From assembly GCA_963845755.1 (NCBI GenBank), contig CAWJTV010000005.1:640001-704000 (forward strand): DNA of 64,000 nucleotides, written 5' to 3'. Origin of the DNA: an uncultured Planctomycetota bacterium. Lineage in GTDB: Bacteria > Planctomycetota > Planctomycetia > Isosphaerales > Isosphaeraceae. Of the stretch, positions 56,737 through 64,000 are shown one piece after another (within the stretch, counting starts at the first letter, position 1; every line of letters starts with the position of its first letter). Below the pieces are notes generated by a model, which had not been told where the DNA came from, searched no databases, and worked only from the letters and a program-made list of their open reading frames with translations. Both the position numbers and the translations under genes were made by a program.

Positions 56737-57546
56737 ATGGAAAACCAGCCGAAGCCGCAATGGGTCGTCCCCAATCCCCAGGTCCCTCGCACCTTCGGTC
56801 TCCTGAACATCATCTTCGGCGTCATCATGCTCCTCGTGGGAGCCGGTTATGCGGTCTGGTTCGTGATGGCACCGACATTCACGAAGGCCATGCAAGTGGA
56901 AATGGAGAAGCAGCAGGCGAATATCACGGCGCAGCACGAGGCCAAGCTCGCCGACCTGAAGCGCCGCGAGGAGGCCGCGAAGTCGGAGGAGGAGAAGGTG
57001 ACCCTGAAAAGTGAGCGGGAAACCCTGGCCGCCACGCCGCCTCCCGACATGTCGTCGTTTCAGGACCTCACCGGCTGGAACATCATGAGCGATACGCGCC
57101 TGGCGATCTACTACTTCTCCGAGGTCGGTTCCGGGATCCTGCTCAACATCCTGATGATCGTCGCGGGCGGGGGATTGCTGGCCCTGACCAATTGGGGGCG
57201 CCGGCTTGCGCTCGGAGTCGCCTGGTTGAAAATCCTCCGGTGGGCGGCCATGATCGTCGTGACGTTGGTCCTCGTCGTGCCGATCACGACCGAGCGGATG
57301 CAAAAGGCGTTCGCCAAGATCGACGCGCAGGCCCAGGCCAAGGGCGGACCCGCCCCGTTCAAGATGACGGACTTCGCGCGGATGTCGGCGATGATGGGTG
57401 CCGTATTCGCTACGATCGGCGGCATTGTGGCTTCGATCTACCCGGCGCTCACCTTATGGTTCCTGACGCGACCCCGCGCCGTGGCTGCGTGCTTGCCCCT
57501 CAAGTCAGAACCCGAGGAACCAAAGGAAACGATGGAGTGGACATGA
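56737..57546 (+). CDS. Hypothetical membrane protein (about 4 TM segments with a coiled-coil loop)
   Basis: FGLLNIIFG.. TM, charged helical loop, GGGLLALTNWGRRLAL, IYPALTLWFLTRP; stop overlaps the next ATG (ATGA). Confidence 0.75.
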   Translation: MENQPKPQWVVPNPQVPRTFGLLNIIFGVIMLLVGAGYAVWFVMAPTFTKAMQVEMEKQQANITAQHEAKLADLKRREEAAKSEEEKVTLKSERETLAATPPPDMSSFQDLTGWNIMSDTRLAIYYFSEVGSGILLNILMIVAGGGLLALTNWGRRLALGVAWLKILRWAAMIVVTLVLVVPITTERMQKAFAKIDAQAQAKGGPAPFKMTDFARMSAMMGAVFATIGGIVASIYPALTLWFLTRPRAVAACLPLKSEPEEPKETMEWT

Positions 57547-59334
57547 ACGTGGTCATGGCCATTTTCGGGCCGTTGGCAGGCCCCGAATGCCGCCGCGCGC
57601 TCGCGCGCGGCTGGGTGATTGTGGTCCGATCCCTCGTCGCGGTGGCACTGGCCATCGTCGTACTCGCCATGGCGTGGACCTGGTGGATCAGTGCCCGCCT
57701 GGACCCGTGGTATTCACCGTCGATCGAGCTCCGGACCGCGATGGCGGCGGGGGCCATGTTCTTGCTGACGATCGTGGTGGTGATGGCACCGGCGGTCCTG
57801 GCCGGCTCGCTCGCCGGTGAGCGGGAACGCGGGATCCTTCAGCACCTCCTGATCACCGCCGTCAGCCCGCGCGAGATCGTCTGGGGGCGGCTGATCGGGA
57901 AGTTGAGCCAGGTGGGGATGATGATGCTAGCCGCCCTCCCGGCACTGGTGATCCTGGCTGGACTGATGGGCCTGGATCTGGCTCGAATCGGGACCTTGTT
58001 GCTGCTGCTGACGGCGGTCCTCGTCGGTGGCGGCGGGATGGCCGTGGGGGCTTCGGTGATGGCACGCCGCGGCCGTGACGCCCTGCTCGGCGTGTACCTC
58101 GTGATCCTGATGCTCCTGCTGGCTCCGATGGCGGAGCGGCTGGCGTGGTGGGCCGGACCGATCGGCTGGCTCGAGTTTTCCAACCCGTATCTGAGTTTGG
58201 CACGACTCGTATGGCAGGGAGAGATCAGTCCGGCACTGGCGACCTCAGGCATCTGGCTGGTGCTGGGATTCCTGGGCACGGCTCTCGCAGCATGGCGGTT
58301 GCAGCCCAACTGTCTCGCGCCGGAAGACCGGGTCAAGCGGGCCCGGCACCGGCGATGGGTTCCCGCGCTGGGCGAGCGACCCATGCTCTGGAAAGAACTG
58401 TTCATCGAGCGCGCCGGCACTCTCGGCCGGCTCGGCCATGGATGGGACTGCTCATCGTCATCCCTCTCGGTGGCGGGAGCCTGATCATGGCCGGGACCGT
58501 GGCCTGGGCCTTGCTCTGGAGTGGCAACACCGAGTTGTCAGACTGGGCGACCGATGTCCTGGCGCAGATTCTCAGGACACCCATCTGTACCTGGGCTGGA
58601 TGATTCAATTGGCCATCGGGTTACGGGCCGCCGTGTCGATCGCATCAGAACGGGAGAGCGGGACATGGGACGCGCTCCTGACCAGCCAGCTCGAGCCGGG
58701 CGAGATCGTCTACGCCAAGGTCTACGGCAGCCTCTACGCCCTGCGATGGTTCCTCGGCGCGATCGTCCTGGCCTGGACTCTGGGTGTGGGCGTGGGGGCG
58801 ATCCCGTGGAGCGAGTACGCTAACTGGACGGTAAGCAATCTTGCGGCCGGCATCTTGATGGCCGCGATCGGGGTTCGATGTTCGCTGTCGCTTGCTACGG
58901 CAACCAAATCGATGACCTGGACCGTTGCGCTTTGGTTGGGCTCGACTCTGGTGGTCTACGCGGGGGCACTTGCGATCCTATGCCTTGGATATCTGACCTT
59001 GATGGCGTTCATGCTCACGTTGATTCAACTCGGATTCGTGAGTCCCCAAACGATCCCCCTGTTCGGGTTCGCTCCCGTTCGCCTCTCGACTGCCTGGATC
59101 GTGTCAACCAATGCGGTGACTCTACTGATCGCCCTCCTACTGATCCTCGACACGCGGCTGCGGTTCGATCGGATCGCGGGACGGATTACCGGCGGTGCCG
59201 TCGAGGCCACGGTCGATGCGTGGATCCACGGCGAACCGGGACGACCGGTCCTGATGGACCGTCACTCGTCCAAGCCACTCGAACAGGCCTCAATCTCGGC
59301 CGATACCATGCAAGCGCCCGAGCCTGTCGGTTGA
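57543..59334 (+). CDS. ABC-2 type permease with two internal repeats; frameshifts ~58435 and ~58585
   Basis: AGSLAGERERGILQHLLITAVSPREIVWGRL and AVSIASERESGTWDALLTSQLEPGEIVYAK motifs, PMLWKE, multiple TM segments. Confidence 0.82.
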
Positions 59335-59390
59335 TTCACACGCCGAATCGAATCGAGTCTCGGCCGACGATCCGCCGCCGCTCGCCCGGC

Positions 59391-61152
59391 TCATGCCGGG
59401 CGGATGTGCAATTCCTTGAGTTGTCGGGGCTCGACCGTGCCGGGTGCACCGGTCATGAGGTCGGTCCCCTTGGCGGTCTTGGGAAATGCGATGCAGTCCC
59501 GGATATTGGTCAGGCCCGAGTAGAGCATCGTCAGCCGGTCGAACCCGAGTGCGATGCCACCATGGGGCGGTGCACCATTGCGCAAGGCACTGAGGAGGAA
59601 CCCGAACTTCTCCTGGGCCTGCTCGGGGGTGAGCCCTAAAAGTGCGAAAATCTTCGACTGGATCTCCGGGTCATGGCAGCGGATCGTCCCGCCGCCGGCC
59701 TCCTCGCCGTTGATGACAAGGTCATACGCCTGACCCCGCACCTTACCCGGTTCGGAATCCAGCAGCGGCAGGTCCTCGGCCAGCGGCATCGTGAACGGGT
59801 GATGCTCGGCGGCGAACCGTTTTTCCTCGGCATCCCAGGCAAAGAGGGGAAAGCGCACGATCCATGAGTAATGGAAGGACTTCGCGTCGTAGAGCGATAG
59901 CTCGGCGGCGAGTCGTCCGCGCAGGCTCGACAACGCCAGGCTGGTGACTGCCTGGGTATCGGCCACGATCAGGATCAAGTCGCCGGTCTTGGCCTCGAAC
60001 CGCGCGCGGAGCCGCTGCTGGGCCTCGGTAGGAAAGAACTTCGCGGTCGGACCGGTCAGGCTCTCGCCCTCGACCCTGAGCCAGATTAGACCCTTGGCTC
60101 CCATCCCACCGATGAATTCGGCCAGGCCATCGAGGTCCTTGCGACTATACCGCGAGCCACCGCCAGGCGCGCACAGGCCCCGGATTCGATGTCCGACCTC
60201 CTTCGCCTGCTGGAACACCTTGAACTCGGTCTCTCCGGCGATGTCGGCCACGTCTTTCAGCTCCAGCCCGTAGCGCAGGTCGGGCCGGTCGCTGCCGAAT
60301 CGCTCCATCACGTCGTGGTATTCGAGGCGGGGCAGCGGGAGGCGCGACCTCCTGGCCGGTGAACTCCCTGGCCATCTCGGCGACGAGGATCTCCATGGTG
60401 GAGTTGACGTCCGCGTCGTCCACGAATGACATCTCGACGTCGAGCTGGGTGAACTCGGGCTGCCGGTTGGCGCGGAGGTCTTCGTCTCGGAAGCATCGGG
60501 CGATCTGGAAGTATCGGTCGAAGCCCGCGACCATCAGGAGCTGCTTGTAGAGCTGGGGCGACTGGGGCAAGGCGTAGCAATGACCGGCATGCACCCGGCT
60601 GGGAACGAGGAAGTCGCGGGCGCCTTCCGGAGTACTGCGGCCGAGGATCGGCGTCTCGACTTCGAGGAAGCCCAGATCCGTCATGACCCTTCGCATGAGC
60701 TGCGCCAGGCGGTGCCGGACGATGAAGACCTCCTGCATCTGCCTCCGGCGCAGGTCGAGATAGCGATACGTCAGCCGGAGCTCCTCGTTCGGCTCGGGGC
60801 CGTGCATCTCGAAAGGCGGGGTCGGAGTGGCGTTGTAGAGCACCAGTTCCTGGACCCGGACCTCGATCGCGCCGGTCTTGAGCTTGGTGTTCTCCTTGCC
60901 CGCCAGCCGGGGAGCGACCGTCCCCTTGACGCCGATGACGTACTCGTTCCTCAACTCGTGGGCGCGCCCCTGGAGTTCCTGGCCGGCCTCGGGCTCGAAG
61001 ACAACCTGCGTGACGCCGTACCGGTCGCGGAGATCGATGAAGACTAGCCCGCCGAAATCGCGCCAGGCGTCCACCCAGCCGTTCAAGGCGACGGAGTGGC
61101 CGACGTGATCGATCGTCAACTCGCCGCAGGTATGCGTTCGTTTCAGGAGCAT
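59391..61152 (-). CDS. aspS: Aspartate--tRNA ligase; frameshift ~60345
   Basis: RTHTCGEL, FIDLRDRYG, YRYLDLRR, STPEGARDFLVPSR, ALPQSPQLYKQLLM, CFRDEDLRANRQPEFTQLDVE, GSDRPDLR, HHPFT, GAPPHGGIALGFDRL. Confidence 0.97.
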
Positions 61153-61383
61153 GGGATATCCATTGTGTCCGAGGAAACCGCGCCGGGAGCCGAGGCGACT
61201 GGCGTGATCCCCCCGCCACAGGATCGGCGAAACCCCGGAAAACTCAGCTCTCCGCCCGGTTCGTTACGATACTCCCATTGTTCGAAAACCGTCAAGTCGT
61301 CCAGGATTCCGACACAACGGCAACGGACTGGGTTCATCCCCGGTCCGGTGACGGGCTCGACCTCGGGTTCAGACGCAGGAATG

Positions 61384-61435
61384 ACGAAAGCACCCGCGAG
61401 GGGTCCGGTGGCCGGTCCCCTCGCAGGTGCTTCGT
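61384..61435 (-). terminator. Strong GC hairpin downstream of the transglutaminase-like gene (candidate intrinsic terminator)
   Basis: AAGCACCCGCGAGGGG..CCCCTCGCAGGTGCTT inverted repeat, short U-run on the minus strand. Confidence 0.55.
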
Positions 61436-61476
61436 GATTTCGCAATTCAGCCAGATGACATTCGTCTCGGTCTGGT

Positions 61477-63027
61477 TCAACGCCCGAAGAAGGCGCGGCG
61501 GATGAATCCACCCAGACGGGTGCCCGACGTCGAGCTGGAACTCTCGGCGATCATGGATGCACGGCCAGCCTCATACTGGTCAACCGGACGAAACACGGGG
61601 GGCCTCGAGGCGAATCGTCCGAGCGATCCACCGCCGTTGGCCATGTCCAGGGAGCGGACGTTCGCCTCCGTCACGTTCGGGTTGTGTCCACCCCACTGCG
61701 ACTGGACGAGCTCCAGGACATTCAGCGGGGCGAACATCGCCTCGCCACCCACCGAGATCCAGTCGGCCACGTTCGGATTGCTCTCATCCACCCGCCCGTC
61801 CATACCGTAGACGAGGCTGTATTCGTAGTTGACGACGCGATCGTGGTCTTCCTGGCCGTTGAGCATCGAGCCCGAGTTGGCGTGCACTTCGAGCACGATC
61901 CGCATGGCGCGAGGACCGCGGCCGGGGATAGCGTGATACGTCGCTATATACTTGTAGACACCGTGATTCCAGACCTCGGTGATGGTACCGCGCGGCGGGA
62001 AGGCCCGGAGGTTGGCCAGCAACGGCTTGCGTTCGCCGCGAATGTGCGTCTCGAGCATGGCGTGGACGCGTGGGGCCTTGTAATCGGTCGGATCGGGACC
62101 GGGTCGCGGTGGGCCCGCCGGAATCTCATTCGCATAGTCGCCGATCCGGTGATTGTAGTGATTCTCCCCGAGTTCAGCCCAGAGCGCCTTGAGCTCGTCC
62201 TGGGTCAAGCCCGATGCCGGCACCGGGACGGGCTCGTTCAGGAGGATCGAGGCGACGGCACCGCCCAGGCAATGGCCGGGCCACCGGGAGATACCGTTCG
62301 TCTGGCTGTAGGCCGCCTCCCATTGCCGTGCGAACGAGCGAAAGTTCTGGTCGTACTTGAGCAGGGGCGATTGCGTCTGAAACCGCGTGAGCTCGCCGCC
62401 GTGCTGGTTGTCCGGCCCCAGCCACGTCAGGTCGTCATAGAGGTTCGGGAACCAGGTAGCGCCGTCGCCGGCGGCCGGTTGCGTCTCGAGCAGGCCATTG
62501 GGGCCGGCCACGATGATATCCTGTCCCGGAGCGATATAGCCGCCCGGGGTCGCGATCAACTGATCGTCGCCGTTGACCGAAGAAGTGTCAACACGGCCGT
62601 TGCCTCCGGCCCAGGGCTCGTGGATCGAGTCGGCCTTTGTCGGCCAGTAGTAGAAGTTCCAGGGTCGTTTCAGGCTCTGCCCGACCTGGACGAACGTCGT
62701 TCCGACGTTGTACCTCTCCTTGGCACCCTCAACCTTGAACGTGCACCAACCCTGGTGATCGATACCGACGTCCTGGCCGTTGGTCAGGACCGTTCCATCG
62801 GCTCGCTTCAGCTCGACCACTTGTCCGGAGCTCGTCGTGATCTTCAGCTCACCGCCGAATCGCGTCGGCACGTACACTCCGTAGTAATGATCGCCGGTCA
62901 GCCCGTCCAGGGTTCCCCCCAAAGGCACGGTCTGGGCACGCTCCCCCGCGTGCGCCCCACTGGTCACGCCGATCGTCATCGTCAGCGCCCAGAGGACCGA
63001 ACCACCCAGCCGGTTACCGCTGCGCAT
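61477..63027 (-). CDS. Secreted transglutaminase-elicitor-like (papain-fold) cysteine enzyme
   Basis: Signal peptide ending AHA; PWNFYYWP, SPLLKYD, WPGHCLGGAVASILLNEP, ELKALWAE, EVWNHGVYKY, YEYSL; SD GGGAGG. Confidence 0.65.
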   Translation of the reverse strand: MRSGNRLGGSVLWALTMTIGVTSGAHAGERAQTVPLGGTLDGLTGDHYYGVYVPTRFGGELKITTSSGQVVELKRADGTVLTNGQDVGIDHQGWCTFKVEGAKERYNVGTTFVQVGQSLKRPWNFYYWPTKADSIHEPWAGGNGRVDTSSVNGDDQLIATPGGYIAPGQDIIVAGPNGLLETQPAAGDGATWFPNLYDDLTWLGPDNQHGGELTRFQTQSPLLKYDQNFRSFARQWEAAYSQTNGISRWPGHCLGGAVASILLNEPVPVPASGLTQDELKALWAELGENHYNHRIGDYANEIPAGPPRPGPDPTDYKAPRVHAMLETHIRGERKPLLANLRAFPPRGTITEVWNHGVYKYIATYHAIPGRGPRAMRIVLEVHANSGSMLNGQEDHDRVVNYEYSLVYGMDGRVDESNPNVADWISVGGEAMFAPLNVLELVQSQWGGHNPNVTEANVRSLDMANGGGSLGRFASRPPVFRPVDQYEAGRASMIAESSSSTSGTRLGGFIRRAFFGR

Positions 63028-63369
63028 GCTACCTCCCTGTATTCGATCTCGAGTTCCACATCACGCGATTGCGCCGTCTCTCCGGTCCGATGCCCACAAC
63101 GAATCCCTCATCGCTTGCGGACCGGTGTCTCACTTCAGGAACGGGACGCCAATCGAAATTCCCTCCTGTTGGTTCGGCTAAGGGCGCGTGGCGGATGGAC
63201 ATCAATTCGCCCTCACGCACAACCTCTCTCTAGAAACTCGTCAGAGCCCCTAGAATGCGCGAGAGTGACATATCCGCCGCGCCCTGGAGATCCGTCAGGA
63301 GAAGTGTGAAAGGACGCGTCATGGACATTCAGCGCGCACGAGATCTCCCGTTTCCGAGGAGATCGCGAA

Positions 63370-63391
63370 CGACCCGGCGATCGCCGGGTCG
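63370..63391. terminator. Perfect 22-bp palindrome downstream of the oxidoreductase gene
   Basis: CGACCCGGCGATCGCCGGGTCG is its own reverse complement. Confidence 0.45.
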
Positions 63392-63412
63392 CAAATCTCG
63401 AAAGGCTTTGCG

Positions 63413-64000
63413 CTACGACACGACCTTCATGGCCACCGGGTCCCAGTCGATCTCCCGTTTTTGCCGATAGCTCTCATTGCAGAGGAGTGCGGGAGCCGCC
63501 GCCCGGTAGCCAAAGGTTGCATCCTCATAGACCGGCTTGCCATGACGGACCGACTTGAAGAAATTCACGAAATGATCGAACCGCTCATCGTAGCCCTCGG
63601 GGACGACGTACTTCTCGGTCTGCTTCGACCGGCGTTTCTCCGAAGAGCGAGGATGCTCGGCGAGATACTTTTCCGCGAACGCCTTCTGCTGGGCCTTGGA
63701 GAAGGTCGTCACCGAGTTGTAGCCTTCCAGAACCTGATTGGCCGAGGCGCGTTCGATCCCGACACGGGTGAGCGTCAGCTCACGGAAGCTGACATCGATG
63801 ACGCCTTCCGTGCCGACGAAGCGGAACGCGGTCGCACCGCCGCCGCCGTCCTCGAAGTCGGTGACGAGTGACAGCGTGAAGCTCCCATGGGCGTCGGTCT
63901 CGGGATAATCGAGCAGGCCCATGATCACATCGTAGACATCCCGTCCATCGTGCCAGAAACGCTGGCCGCCCATCGCCGCCACGCGGGTCGGTCCGATTGC
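63413..64000 (-). CDS. Gfo/Idh/MocA-family oxidoreductase, C-terminal part (5' end outside the window)
   Basis: AMGGQRFWHDGRDVYD, FVGTEG, HFVNFFKSVR..PVYEDATFGYRAAAPALLCNESY..WDP. Confidence 0.85.
   Translation of the reverse strand, partial: AIGPTRVAAMGGQRFWHDGRDVYDVIMGLLDYPETDAHGSFTLSLVTDFEDGGGGATAFRFVGTEGVIDVSFRELTLTRVGIERASANQVLEGYNSVTTFSKAQQKAFAEKYLAEHPRSSEKRRSKQTEKYVVPEGYDERFDHFVNFFKSVRHGKPVYEDATFGYRAAAPALLCNESYRQKREIDWDPVAMKVVS

Noticed and set aside
59391..61152. aspS (and likewise gatA, pcrA) as pseudogenes or programmed frameshifts
   Set aside because: Essential genes with intact motifs; no slippery heptamer seen; window-wide indel density points to sequencing error
61684..63309. 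541-aa plus-strand ORF
   Set aside because: Antisense shadow of the transglutaminase-like gene, which has the SD, signal peptide and motifs

Overview
A 64 kb, GC-rich chromosomal segment of a Planctomycetota bacterium, most likely Isosphaeraceae-like (inference from a DUF1559 prepilin/H-X9-DG protein, a sulfatase, a TPR Ser/Thr kinase, a giant FG-GAP protein and a redoxin-heme c-Cu monooxygenase-like fusion). Housekeeping genes (glmU, gatCAB, tal, selD, topA, acpS, pcrA/uvrD, pdxJ, dapA, mrp, aspS) are interleaved with carbohydrate/sulfate enzymes. Three accessory modules stand out: (1) a six-gene stressosome operon rsbR-rsbS-rsbT-rsbX-like plus two hybrid histidine kinases; (2) a tight minus-strand operon encoding a membrane Ser/Thr kinase (ZAS-like zinc finger, kinase, TM helix, TPRs), a ~2,400-aa FG-GAP beta-propeller surface protein and a TIGR03032/DUF4915 protein, which is my best candidate for an undescribed system; (3) a secreted transglutaminase-elicitor-like cysteine enzyme. 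About two dozen apparent single-base frameshifts hit about 15 genes, including essential ones (aspS, gatA, pcrA). They are most likely uncorrected long-read indels, so these genes are reported as reconstructed CDS rather than pseudogenes. I recognised no rRNA, tRNA, CRISPR array, integrase or transposase. All family assignments come from motif recognition by eye; no database searches were run.
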